A program made the translations under genes and the position numbers. DNA of 64,000 bases from Clostridia bacterium DTU025 (lineage in GTDB: Bacteria; Bacillota; DTU025), in contig LFSP01000032.1 of the NCBI GenBank assembly GCA_001513145.1, positions 20,088 through 84,087 on the forward strand, written 5' to 3'. This document shows, one piece after another, positions 20,120-29,275 of this stretch (its first letter is position 1; each line of letters opens with the position of its first letter). Under the pieces are notes generated by a model, which was not told the DNA's origin, did no database searches, and saw only the letters and a list, made by a program, of their open reading frames with translations.

Positions 20120-20153
20120 CCCCCTCCTTCATACATATGAGTGAAGGAGGGGG
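20120..20153 (+). promoter_or_regulatory. Perfect 12-bp hairpin, ccccctccttca-tacatatgag-tgaaggaggggg. Its 3' arm is the dpaA Shine-Dalgarno sequence.
   Basis: Read directly. GGAGGGGG at 20146-20153 lies 6 nt before ATG 20160. Confidence 0.5.
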
Positions 20154-20159
20154 AGCCAT

Positions 20160-21053
20160 ATGTCACATGTTCCGCGCCTTACAGGGCTCAGCCTGTGTTT
20201 CCTCGGCGGCGACCGCCGCGAGACAAAGGCCATCGAGGCGATGGTGGACCAAGGGGCCAGCGTAAGGTGCTTCGGAGTCCCTTCGGAGGGGCTCAAGTGC
20301 GAGGTCACGCTGGCAGGCTCGGCCGAGGAAGCGCTGCGCGGGGCGCACGGCCTGATCCTGCCGCTTTCGGGCACCGACGACCAAGGGAAGGTCAGGGTGT
20401 CCACGTGTCCGATACTCATCGATCACGACCTGCTGGCGACGATGGCCCGCGGGGGCGCGGTATTCTCCGGCCGGCTGAGCGATGGTGTAAGGCGGTCCTG
20501 CGATGCGCTGGGCTTGCGCGTCGTCAACACTGCCGACGACGACGAGCTGGCCATCCTCAACTCCATACCGTCAGCCGAGGGCGCCGTGCTCATGGCCATG
20601 CAGGCCACGCCCATCACCGTTCACCACAGCAACTGCCTTGTCACAGGCATGGGCAGGACCGGCATGACCCTGGTGCGCCTGCTCCTGGCCATGGGCGCCA
20701 GGGTGTGGGCCGTGGCGCGCAAGGGCCGCGACCGCGCCAGAGCCTTCGAGATGGGCGCCATCCCAGTGGACTACCCCGACCTGCCCGACTGCATCTCCCA
20801 GATGGACATGGTCTTCAACACCGTGCCGGAGCTGGTGATCACCCGCCCACTGATACTCGCGATGAAGCCTGCCGCCATCATCGTGGACCTGGCCAGTGCG
20901 CCAGGGGGCGTGGACTTCGCCGCCGCCGCCGAACGACGCATCTGGGCCCAGCTGGCCCCCGGCCTTCCCGGCAAAGTGGCTCCCGCCACCGCCGGCGCGG
21001 TACTGGCAAAGGTGTTGCCTGAGATCGTGGCGCGAGCCTTCGCCAAGGGGTGA
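20160..21053 (+). CDS. dpaA: Dipicolinate synthase subunit A (SpoVFA/DpaA).
   Basis: Collinear with B. subtilis SpoVFA as I recall it: LTGLSLCFLGGD..., ...AILNSIPSAEGAVLMAMQATPITVHHSNCLVTGMGRTGMTLVR..., ...VDLASAPGGVDF...LAPGLPGKVAPATAGAVLAKVL.... Confidence 0.85.
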   Translation: MSHVPRLTGLSLCFLGGDRRETKAIEAMVDQGASVRCFGVPSEGLKCEVTLAGSAEEALRGAHGLILPLSGTDDQGKVRVSTCPILIDHDLLATMARGGAVFSGRLSDGVRRSCDALGLRVVNTADDDELAILNSIPSAEGAVLMAMQATPITVHHSNCLVTGMGRTGMTLVRLLLAMGARVWAVARKGRDRARAFEMGAIPVDYPDLPDCISQMDMVFNTVPELVITRPLILAMKPAAIIVDLASAPGGVDFAAAAERRIWAQLAPGLPGKVAPATAGAVLAKVLPEIVARAFAKG

Positions 21054-21057
21054 TATC

Positions 21058-22329
21058 GTGATTCCCGTTGTGGCTGTGGTAGGTGGCGGTTGGGCCGGCT
21101 GCGCCGCCGCGGCAGCGGTCCAGCAGGCGGGGGCCCAGGCGGTGCTCATCGAGCGCACCGACCTGCTGCTGGGAACGGGCCTGGCCGGTGGCATCATGTT
21201 CAACAATGGCCGCCTCACCGCCGCCCGGGAGCTGCAGCTCATGGGTGGAGGCGCCCTATTCGACGCCATCGACCGCGTGACGCTTCATCGACGCGTCGAC
21301 TTTCCGGGCCATCGTCACGCCAGCCTCTACGACGTGGACCGCATCGAGCGCGCCGTCAGGTCCGCCCTGGAGTCAATGGGCGTCAGGGTGCTCACGCAGT
21401 CGCGGGCGGTGGACGTGGTGCGTAGCGGCACCCGCCTCGCGGGCGTGGTGCTGTCAGACGGCAGCAGCGTAGCTGCGGACGCCTTCGTAGACGCCACCGG
21501 CACGGCCGGGCCCCAGGCCAACTGCGGAAGGGTGAACGGCTGCTGCGTCATGTGCGTGCTGCGCTGCCCCACCTTCGGTCCGAGAGTGAGCATCTCTGCC
21601 AAGGCAGGCGTGGCGGAGATCACCGGACCGCTCTTTTCGGCGATGAGCGGGTCATGTAAGCTGATGAAGCGCTCCCTCGCCCCCTGGCTCGTGCGCCGCC
21701 TGGAGGAGCAGGCCGCCATGGTGATCCCGGTGCCCAGGTACATGGCGCGCGCCGACCGCGCGGCCCACAAGGCCTGCCAGCAGTACGCGCTGCCGGAGTT
21801 CTACGACAACATCGTGCTCCTCGACACCGGCCAGGCCAAGCTCATGGCCCCCTTCTTCCCCCTGAGCCGACTGCAGGCCATCGCCGGCTTCGAGAGCGCT
21901 GCTTTCGAGGATCCCAGGTCAGGCGGCATAGGCAACTCCATCAGGTATAACCTCATCACGCCGCACGACACCGCCCTCAAGGTGGACGGCGTCGACAACC
22001 TCTTCTGCGCCGGCGAGAAGGCAGGCCTCCTGGTGGGCCACACGGAGGCCATCTGCACTGGCACCCTGGCCGGCCACAACGCGGTGAGACACGCCCTGGG
22101 TCTGCCGCCCTTCAGACCCCCAGTCTCCACAGTGCTTGGGGATCTCCTCCATTACCTCGACGCGACCCTTCGGCCGCCCGTCGGCATGCCGCAGAAGACC
22201 ACCTTCGCCGGCGGCCCCTACTTCAGCCGCATGTACGACACCGGCCTGTATACCACGGACGAGAAGCGCATCGCCGCCCGGGTACAACAGGCCGGTTGTG
22301 AACACGTATTCAGCAGGAGGCTGGCGTAG
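21058..22329 (+). CDS. GidA/MnmG/TrmFO-family FAD-dependent protein of about 424 aa with a Cys-rich insert. It is translationally coupled to dpaA.
   Basis: GTG start 5 nt after the dpaA TGA, with AAGGGGTGA upstream. N-terminal Rossmann VVAVVGGGWAGCAAA. C-terminal ...NLFCAGEKAGLLVGHTEAICTGTLAGHNA... Gid-family FAD motif. Cysteine cluster CGRVNGCCVMCVLRC. Confidence 0.65.
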   Translation: MIPVVAVVGGGWAGCAAAAAVQQAGAQAVLIERTDLLLGTGLAGGIMFNNGRLTAARELQLMGGGALFDAIDRVTLHRRVDFPGHRHASLYDVDRIERAVRSALESMGVRVLTQSRAVDVVRSGTRLAGVVLSDGSSVAADAFVDATGTAGPQANCGRVNGCCVMCVLRCPTFGPRVSISAKAGVAEITGPLFSAMSGSCKLMKRSLAPWLVRRLEEQAAMVIPVPRYMARADRAAHKACQQYALPEFYDNIVLLDTGQAKLMAPFFPLSRLQAIAGFESAAFEDPRSGGIGNSIRYNLITPHDTALKVDGVDNLFCAGEKAGLLVGHTEAICTGTLAGHNAVRHALGLPPFRPPVSTVLGDLLHYLDATLRPPVGMPQKTTFAGGPYFSRMYDTGLYTTDEKRIAARVQQAGCEHVFSRRLA

Positions 22330-22365
22330 CTCGAAGCGGCCTCACCCCATCGCGCGGCAGCCACC

Positions 22366-23223
22366 TTACCACTTTCCGCTGGCGCCTCCGCCGCCCGAGC
22401 GGCCGCCGCCGAAGCCACCGAAGCCTCCGCCCCCGCCGCCACCGGACCATCCGCCTCTGCCCCTGCCTCCCACCCTGATGGTGGGGATGTGCGTCGGGAC
22501 GTACGGCCCGCGGTAGCCTCCGCCTGACTTCGGTCCGGAACCGGGGCCGCGCGGCTTCTTCCTGGACGCGGCTATGATCACCACGGCAATTATCAGGAAG
22601 GCAATGAAGGCCGCAACCTCCGCCACGCGCTCCCTCCACTCCTCATCATCGCCGGGCCCCTGGCCTTCCCATCCCTCGAGACGGGACTGGACCATGCTGA
22701 TGGCCGCGTCTATCGCGCCTGCCACGTCAGACGCCCTCATGGACGGCACTATGGCCTCGTCTATGACGCGGCCCAGGAAGGAATCGGGAAGGTCGCCCTC
22801 GAGGCCGTATCCGGTCTCGAACCGCACCTCGCGCTGCTCCTCGGCGAAGAGAAGGAGTAGCCCGTTGTCCTTGCCGGCCTCTCCGATGCCCCAGAGCTCA
22901 AACAGCTCCACCGCGAACTCCTCGATGGTCCAGCCCTCGATGGTGTCAACCGTCACCACGGCCATCTGGACGCCAGTTCGCTGCCACAGATCCACCAGCT
23001 TGTTCTCGATGCTTTGCGCGCTGGCGCCTGACAGCATCCCTGCAAGGTCGTTCATGAGCTTCGGAGGGGCAGGCCGTGCCGGAAGCTGCACCGTGGCCGC
23101 CAGCGCCTCGGAACCCGGAAGCCAGACCAAGGCCAAGGCCAGGGCTAGAGCTAATGCCACCACCAGCGCAACCGCAGTCAGCCCCGGCCGCGGAGCCCTC
23201 ATCGTGATCAGCTTCATATCCAA
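22366..23223 (-). CDS. TPM-domain (YgcG-like) protein with a signal peptide, a C-terminal TM segment and a Gly-rich tail.
   Basis: Signal peptide, then ...GMLSGASAQSIENKLVDLWQRTGVQMAVVTVDTIEGWTIEEFAVELFELWGIG... (TPM fold), a TM helix, then a GGGGGGFGGFGGG tail. Confidence 0.75.
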   Translation of the reverse strand: MDMKLITMRAPRPGLTAVALVVALALALALALVWLPGSEALAATVQLPARPAPPKLMNDLAGMLSGASAQSIENKLVDLWQRTGVQMAVVTVDTIEGWTIEEFAVELFELWGIGEAGKDNGLLLLFAEEQREVRFETGYGLEGDLPDSFLGRVIDEAIVPSMRASDVAGAIDAAISMVQSRLEGWEGQGPGDDEEWRERVAEVAAFIAFLIIAVVIIAASRKKPRGPGSGPKSGGGYRGPYVPTHIPTIRVGGRGRGGWSGGGGGGGFGGFGGGRSGGGGASGKW

Positions 23224-23230
23224 CGCCTAC

Positions 23231-23797
23231 CTAGAACTGCACTCTGGGGGCCTCGAGGGCCGCCGGGGCAGCTTCGAACATCTGCTTGGGCTGCAGGCCT
23301 CTCATGCTCGCCACGATGGACGCAGGGAACATGCGGATCTTCACGTTGTACGCCTGGACAGCCTCATTGTACCGCCCGCGCGCCACAGCTATGCGGTTCT
23401 CGGTGCCGGAAAGCTCATACATGAGGTCGTTGAAGCTCTTGTCAGCCTTCAGCTGCGGGTAGTTCTCCACCACCACGAGGAGCCTGGAGAGGGCGCTCTC
23501 AAACTGGTTGACCGCTGCCTGGGTCTCCGCAGGGCCCTGCGCCCCTGCCAGACGAGCCCTGGCGTTGGCGATTGCCGTGAACACCTCTTCCTCGTGTGCA
23601 GCGTATCCCTTCACAGTCTCCACAAGATTGGGAACAAGGTCGTACCTGCGCTGCAGCTGGTTCTGGACCTCGGCCCAGTTCCTGTTGACGTTCTCCTCAG
23701 CCGCGATGAAGGAGTTGGACGTCCTGATGAACCAGCCTGCGCCCAGCACAATCAGCGCAAGTATCGCGATCAAGATCACCAAGCCAGTTCTCTTCAT
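23231..23797 (-). CDS. lemA: LemA-family membrane protein.
   Basis: ...NRNWAEVQNQLQRRYDLVPNLVETVKGYAAHEEEVFTAIANARA...VENYPQLKADKSFNDLMYELSGTENRIAVARGRYNEAVQAYN.... Paired with the TPM gene in the usual arrangement. Confidence 0.8.
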   Translation of the reverse strand: MKRTGLVILIAILALIVLGAGWFIRTSNSFIAAEENVNRNWAEVQNQLQRRYDLVPNLVETVKGYAAHEEEVFTAIANARARLAGAQGPAETQAAVNQFESALSRLLVVVENYPQLKADKSFNDLMYELSGTENRIAVARGRYNEAVQAYNVKIRMFPASIVASMRGLQPKQMFEAAPAALEAPRVQF

Positions 23798-24239
23798 TGG
23801 AATGCCTCCCCTCGACACTGAGCTACTATGCTGTTGAAGATTAGCACTTTACAGCCGGAATGTCCACTGATTGCTAACTGGTTTCGCTGCTCCATATGGT
23901 GCCGCGCAGACTGAAGGGTCTTCCGTTGAGGCAACACGCGGTTCGTGGTTTTCGTTACGGTTAGCCGTCTAATCAGTGACGGATTCGCCATGAGGGTGCC
24001 GCCTTTTGTGACGAAATCGATATATTGCCTTTCCACTGGAGACTGGACCTCCCGCAGCTACATTTCCCAGTCAATGGCAGGCGCTCTAGCTGGGCTTCCA
24101 GACAGGCTTCCTGCCCCTCCCCTGACGACGTCGCCGCGCAGCGGCCTTCGGCGGGCCTTTATAACGACTATGCAACATTGTATACCGCTTAGCCCTTGAA
24201 ATCGCTGCGGATGGCCCCCCTTTTAGTAACGGATCTTGA

Positions 24240-25109
24240 TCAATGCTCGTTCCGACTGCGGAGCGAATACACGCGCAGCGCCACCAGGGTGGCGATGTAG
24301 GGCACCATCTGCGTCAGCTGCGCGGGGATGGCAGTGCCCTGCAGGCTCATGCCTATCCCGTCGAAAAGTCCGAACAGAAGCGACATGACAAGGATGCCCA
24401 GCGGGCGCCCGCGCGTGAGGATTATCACCGCCAGGGAGATCCATCCTCTGCCGTTGGACATGTTCTCCGCAAACAGCGTCACATAGCCCAGCGAAAGATA
24501 CGCCCCTGCCAGGCCGCACAGCGCCCCCGATATCATGATCGACCAGGCCCTCACCGCCTGCGAGCTGACGCCGGCTGCGTCCAGCACCCGCGGGTCCTCG
24601 CCGGCGGCCCTGAGACGCAGCCCGAAGCGGGTGCGCCGGATGTGCCAGTCTGCCACCAGAGCAAGGGCCAGGGCCACATACACCACGAAGGGATGCCCGC
24701 CCAACACCGGCCCGAGCGGCAGGTTCCACCGCGGAATGGCCTGTATCTGGCCTGACATGAACGCGCCCCTGACGCCGAACATCTGTCTCAGGGCGTACGT
24801 AGTTCCGCCCAGAGCCAGCATGTTGATGGCGGTGCCGGTCACGAACTCGTCGGTGCGCAGCGCCACCGCGAACAGCGTGAACAGCGCCGCCGCGACGAGG
24901 CCCCCGCCTATCCCCGCGGCCAGACCCACGACCCACGACCGCGCCGCGTAGCTGCCGGCCACGGCGGTGAACGCGCCGATGAGCATCATGCCCTCCATGG
25001 CTATGTTGAAGACGTTGGCGAAATAGGTGTACGCTCCGCCGATGCCCGCAAGCAGCACCGGAGTCGCCGCAAGCAGACTCGACCGCACCAGCTCAAGCGC
25101 GAGGCTCAT
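24240..25109 (-). CDS. ABC transporter permease of a BMP/nucleoside-type importer (YufQ-like).
   Basis: Multi-TM hydrophobic protein in an operon with a BMP-family SBP and a double-NBD ATPase. Confidence 0.75.
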   Translation of the reverse strand: MSLALELVRSSLLAATPVLLAGIGGAYTYFANVFNIAMEGMMLIGAFTAVAGSYAARSWVVGLAAGIGGGLVAAALFTLFAVALRTDEFVTGTAINMLALGGTTYALRQMFGVRGAFMSGQIQAIPRWNLPLGPVLGGHPFVVYVALALALVADWHIRRTRFGLRLRAAGEDPRVLDAAGVSSQAVRAWSIMISGALCGLAGAYLSLGYVTLFAENMSNGRGWISLAVIILTRGRPLGILVMSLLFGLFDGIGMSLQGTAIPAQLTQMVPYIATLVALRVYSLRSRNEH

Positions 25110-26235
25110 CCTGCCCACCTCCTGTCGGGGCGGCATGGTCCGCCTCTGCCCGCTGAGCTAACTGAGCGGCCTGCGCCGCGCGGGCGTCCCCCAACGCGAT
25201 GGCGCGCCGCGCCCGGATGCGGGCCGCAAGGCCCGCCAGGAACAGCCGGGTGCTCTCACGGCTGGCCACCACCGCAAGCACCACGATGGCCTGCAACACC
25301 AGGGCGAACTCGCTGGGCACTGCCGTCTCAAGCTCCATGCCCATGGCGCCTGTCTGCAACACCGCGAAGAAGAGCGCGTAAAGTCCCGTGGCCGCGATGG
25401 AGTTGCCTGCCACGATGGCGATCATCACCCCGTCCCACGCGTAGTTGGCGCCGATACCCTTGACGAACCTGTGCTGCATGCCGCCGATCACCATCAGCCC
25501 CCCTGCCAGGCCCGCCAAGGCGCCGCTGAGCAGCATGGCAAGGACGAAGTTCCGCGGCACGGCACACCCTCCAGCAGCGGCGAAGCTGGGGTTCTGCCCC
25601 ATGACCCTGCACTCGTAGCCGAACTTCGAGCGGTTCCAGACCAGCCACGTCACAGCGAACGAGCAGGCTGCCACCGCCACGGAACCGCTGAGCCCGTTGT
25701 ACATCCCCAGCCACGCCTGGGGGTTCGTCATCCTTGTCATGGGCGAGTAGGCCCGGGGATCCAGCATGGGGCCGGATATGAGCCACTGCGTGAAGTAATC
25801 GGCTACGAAGTTCAGCATCAGCGTGGTGATGAACTCGTTCATCCTCCACTTCAGCTTCATCAGCGCCGCCAGCAGCGACCAGCCCGCTCCCGCCACGATG
25901 CTGGCCAGGATCACAAGGGGCAGCGTGAGCCATTTCGGCAGGCCCACCGCGATGCCAAAGGCGGCAGCCGCCATGGCTCCCATCAGGAACTGCCCCACCT
26001 GCCCCAGGTTGATGCAGTTCGAGCCGAACCCAACCGCCGCGGAGGTGCCGGTGAGCACCAACGTCGATGCCTTGTTCAACGTTGAAAAGAGAGCGAACTG
26101 CGAGAACAGCGAGTATGAGAACAGCGCGGAGTAGCTCTGGGCTGCAGGGTAGCCCTGGAGCCAGAGGATCATCAGACCCGCCAGGAGCGACACCACAACT
26201 CCCACGGCTGCCGCCACTGCCTGTTGTCGCCTCAT
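25093..26235 (-). CDS. ABC transporter permease of a BMP/nucleoside-type importer (YufP-like), with an Ala/Arg-rich C-terminal tail.
   Basis: Multi-TM protein. Its stop overlaps the downstream permease start. Confidence 0.75.
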   Translation of the reverse strand: MRRQQAVAAAVGVVVSLLAGLMILWLQGYPAAQSYSALFSYSLFSQFALFSTLNKASTLVLTGTSAAVGFGSNCINLGQVGQFLMGAMAAAAFGIAVGLPKWLTLPLVILASIVAGAGWSLLAALMKLKWRMNEFITTLMLNFVADYFTQWLISGPMLDPRAYSPMTRMTNPQAWLGMYNGLSGSVAVAACSFAVTWLVWNRSKFGYECRVMGQNPSFAAAGGCAVPRNFVLAMLLSGALAGLAGGLMVIGGMQHRFVKGIGANYAWDGVMIAIVAGNSIAATGLYALFFAVLQTGAMGMELETAVPSEFALVLQAIVVLAVVASRESTRLFLAGLAARIRARRAIALGDARAAQAAQLAQRAEADHAAPTGGGQDEPRA

Positions 26236-27965
26236 TCCGAGCCCACCTCCGTGCGTGGCTCAGCCCCGGCCTCGGGTTCGGGTTCCGATCCCGGCCCCGG
26301 GCCAGGCTCAGGGCTGAGCTCCAGCCCGAGCATGGCGCGGCCAACGGCCTCGCGATCCGCCGTCTCGCCGTCCAGAAGCGCGGCTACCCTGCCCTCGTAC
26401 ATCACCAAGATCCTGTCACACAGCGCCAGCAGCTCGTCCAGGTCGGCGGAGACCAGCAGGCACCCCGCCCCGCCGCTGCGCTTGTTCAGGATCTGCCTGT
26501 GTATGAACTCGATGGAGCCCACATCCAGACCACGGGTGGGATTGTCAAGGAGCACGAACCCGGTATCATGAGAGAACTCCCTGCCCACGATGACCTTCTG
26601 CTGGTTCCCACCTGAAAGCTGCGCCAGCGCCGCATCTGGGCCGGGCGCCACCACAGAGTACCTGCGCATCAGGTCCACGCAGAAACCCCTGCATGCCCTG
26701 GGATCCAGCAGCGCCCTCCAACGCGCCGAAAGGCTCGGCCTGAGTCGGTGGTGGGCCATTATGGCGTTGTCGGTGATGCTCATGGTCTGGGCGCTCCCGG
26801 TGTGCTTGCGGTCCTGCGGCACGCTGCACATGAGCCTGCGGCGCTCCATGACCGACGCGCCGGTGACGTCGCGGCCGTCCATGCGGATGCTGCCGGCGTC
26901 GGGCTTCAGCGCGCCGGTGATGCACTGCACCAGCTCGAACTGGCCGTTGCCCTCAACCCCGGCCACCCCCAGGATCTCTCCCCTCGACACATCGAAGCTG
27001 ACATCCGAGAGCGCAGGTTTGACGGCCCCCGGCCGGGTGAAGGAAAGCCCACGCACCTCCAGAGCCGGCCGGGCAGCATGGGGCCGCTCATCTCCCCGTG
27101 CCGCCGGCGAACCTGCGTCGCGCGGCTTCATCCCAACATCAACAGTGCCGCCCCTGCCGCTGGGTTCACTACGCTGCCTGCCGACGGCGAACACCACGTC
27201 ACGCCCGACCATGGCGCGGGCCAGGTCGGTGCGGCTGAGCCCCTCATTGGCCGCAGTCATCACCCGCTTGCCCTTGCGCATAACGGTGATCTCATCCGAG
27301 ATATCAAGCACCTCCTGGAGCTTGTGGCTGATGAAGATGATGGTGCCGCCCGCTTGGTTCAGTTGCCGTAGCCTAGCGAAGAGCTCCGAGGTCTCCTGCG
27401 GGGTGAGCACTGCGGTGGGCTCGTCCATAATGAGCACGCTGGCGTCGCGGTACAGAAGCTTCAGGATCTCCACCTTCTGCTGCGCGCTGACTGACAGGTC
27501 TCCCACCACGGCATCGGGATCAAGGTTGAGGCCCCATCTCGTCACCAGCTCCTCCACGCGCGCCCGTGCCTCCGCCTGCTTCAGGGTGCCCAGCGGCGCC
27601 GCAGGCTCGGAGCCCACCACCACGTTCTCCCACACCGTGTAGGAGCGAATCAGCATCAGCTCCTGGTGGACCATGCCGATACCCTCCCGCACCGCCTGCC
27701 TGGGGCTTGCGAACCTGACTTGCCTGCCGTCGAGGAAGATCCTCCCGGCGCTGGCGGGCGTGATGCCGTAGAGCACCTTCATCAGGGTGGACTTGCCCGC
27801 GCCGTTCTCGCCTATGATCGAGTGGATGGTTCCCCAGCGTATCATGATGTCCACGTTGTCAAGCGCCAGCACATCAGGGGGATACACCTTGACGATGCCG
27901 GACATCCGTATGCCCTGGATGCCGGGCGCCCCGTTCTCCGAATCCCTGCTCAAACTCGACGTCAC
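26232..27965 (-). CDS. ABC transporter ATP-binding protein with tandem NBDs (sugar/nucleoside importer type) and a Pro/Glu-rich C-terminal tail.
   Basis: GENGAGKST and LSGGNQQKV motifs. The start could be 27965 or the internal MSGIVKVY at 27905. Confidence 0.8.
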   Translation of the reverse strand: MTSSLSRDSENGAPGIQGIRMSGIVKVYPPDVLALDNVDIMIRWGTIHSIIGENGAGKSTLMKVLYGITPASAGRIFLDGRQVRFASPRQAVREGIGMVHQELMLIRSYTVWENVVVGSEPAAPLGTLKQAEARARVEELVTRWGLNLDPDAVVGDLSVSAQQKVEILKLLYRDASVLIMDEPTAVLTPQETSELFARLRQLNQAGGTIIFISHKLQEVLDISDEITVMRKGKRVMTAANEGLSRTDLARAMVGRDVVFAVGRQRSEPSGRGGTVDVGMKPRDAGSPAARGDERPHAARPALEVRGLSFTRPGAVKPALSDVSFDVSRGEILGVAGVEGNGQFELVQCITGALKPDAGSIRMDGRDVTGASVMERRRLMCSVPQDRKHTGSAQTMSITDNAIMAHHRLRPSLSARWRALLDPRACRGFCVDLMRRYSVVAPGPDAALAQLSGGNQQKVIVGREFSHDTGFVLLDNPTRGLDVGSIEFIHRQILNKRSGGAGCLLVSADLDELLALCDRILVMYEGRVAALLDGETADREAVGRAMLGLELSPEPGPGPGSEPEPEAGAEPRTEVGSE

Positions 27966-27975
27966 TCCCTGTCTG

Positions 27976-28015
27976 AATCAAAACGGAGCGGGGCGAGCCC
28001 ACGTGTTCGCCCCGC
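27976..28015 (-). terminator. Intra-operon terminator or attenuator after the SBP gene. Hairpin gcggggcga-N10-tcgccccgc, followed by TTTT on the transcribed strand.
   Basis: Read directly. Partial terminators of this kind are common after SBP genes. Confidence 0.45.
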
Positions 28016-28122
28016 CCGTCTTCAGCCAAACTGGGCTTGGACTGCATCATCTAGACTGCATCTCCGGTTCTGCCTTGCCTGGTTCCCGGCCTGCAGCCTG
28101 GAACCAGGCCCTTACCAGGCCA

Positions 28123-29133
28123 TTACAGGTACCGCTTCACCGTGATCTTGCCCTCAGCCAGTCCATCCTGGATTTCGATTAGCCTCTCCAGAGACCTGGC
28201 CGGAAGGATGTCCCGGGTGTACTCGTCGATGGCCAGGCCCATGCCGCCCTCGGCCACGCCGTACTCCAGCACCACGCCTGGCTCATACGTGTCGTCCGCG
28301 ATGGTGCGATACACAGCGTAAATGGCGTCGCCCACGTTCTTGAGGCACGACGTCACCACGTGGCCGGGCTCGAGCATGTTCTGGTTCGAGTCGACGCCTA
28401 TGGCGTACTTGCCCTCCTCACGAGCCGCCTCCAGCACGCCGGAGCCCGTGAGCGACGCTATCTGGAACACCACGTCAGCCCCCTGCGCGTACAGCTGCTT
28501 TGCGGCTTGCTTGCCGCGCACAGGGTCGTCCCACGTGCCCGCGAACACCGCTTTGACCTCGATCTCGGGATCCACGTGCTTCGCGCCCTGCTCGTATCCG
28601 TACAGGAACGCTCTGATAACAGGGTCGTCATCGCCGCCCACCGCTCCGATGATCTTATCGGGATTGACGCCCTTGAGGCTGGTATCGGTGGTCACCAGTG
28701 CGGCTGCCACCCCTGCCAGGAAGGCGCCCTCTTCCTCGATGAAGTCCACGCTCGTGATGGTGCGGCGGCTGTTCTCCACAACCGTGTCCACGTTGATCCA
28801 GTACTTGTTCGGGTACTGGTCAGCGTACTGCTGCAAGAGATCCTCGAACCCGTATGAGATCACGAACATGACGTCGGCGTTCCACTGGATCGCGGCCTGT
28901 AGAGCCTGGGCGTACCTGGCAGGGTCGAAACCGCATTCGATGGTGCGGGTCTGCACGCCGAACTCATCGCGGATCCGGTCAATCCCGGCCTGCCCCGAAT
29001 CGTAGAACGACAGGTCCCCCAGGCCGCCATTGATGATGTACGCCACCCTCTGGGGCGACGCCGCGGACGCACCGATCGCAACGAACAAGAGCATCCCAAC
29101 TGCAACGAAGGCTACGAATACTCGGCTCCTCAC
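28123..29133 (-). CDS. BMP-family (basic membrane protein) substrate-binding protein of an ABC importer.
   Basis: GTG start with GGAGGGG upstream gives the signal peptide MRSRVFVAFVAVGMLLFVAIGASAAS. No Cys follows the signal, so it is probably not a lipoprotein. The PBP fold is typical of Bmp/Med/PnrA-type nucleoside binders. Confidence 0.7.
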   Translation of the reverse strand: MRSRVFVAFVAVGMLLFVAIGASAASPQRVAYIINGGLGDLSFYDSGQAGIDRIRDEFGVQTRTIECGFDPARYAQALQAAIQWNADVMFVISYGFEDLLQQYADQYPNKYWINVDTVVENSRRTITSVDFIEEEGAFLAGVAAALVTTDTSLKGVNPDKIIGAVGGDDDPVIRAFLYGYEQGAKHVDPEIEVKAVFAGTWDDPVRGKQAAKQLYAQGADVVFQIASLTGSGVLEAAREEGKYAIGVDSNQNMLEPGHVVTSCLKNVGDAIYAVYRTIADDTYEPGVVLEYGVAEGGMGLAIDEYTRDILPARSLERLIEIQDGLAEGKITVKRYL

Positions 29134-29275
29134 AACAACCCCTCCTCGTGTAGATCGCATATTCGACATCGGAGACAAACTTCCTGTCACGCTGGCACTC
29201 TGCTCCGCCTGGCCGCTCCACCTCGCCAGACCGCGCATGCCAGCATCCGCCCCCGTCAGCGCCTGCCCACCGGCT

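Noticed and set aside
20100-20160. A sigma-K/sigma-E sporulation promoter upstream of dpaA.
   Set aside because: CATACATAT only partially matches the CATA---TA and CATACA-T consensus, and no convincing -35 is present. Mentioned only as speculation in a finding.
23794-24199. ORFs 23794..24036(-) and 23945..24199(+) in the AT-richer island.
   Set aside because: No RBS, odd composition, and they overlap each other. The region is more likely non-coding.
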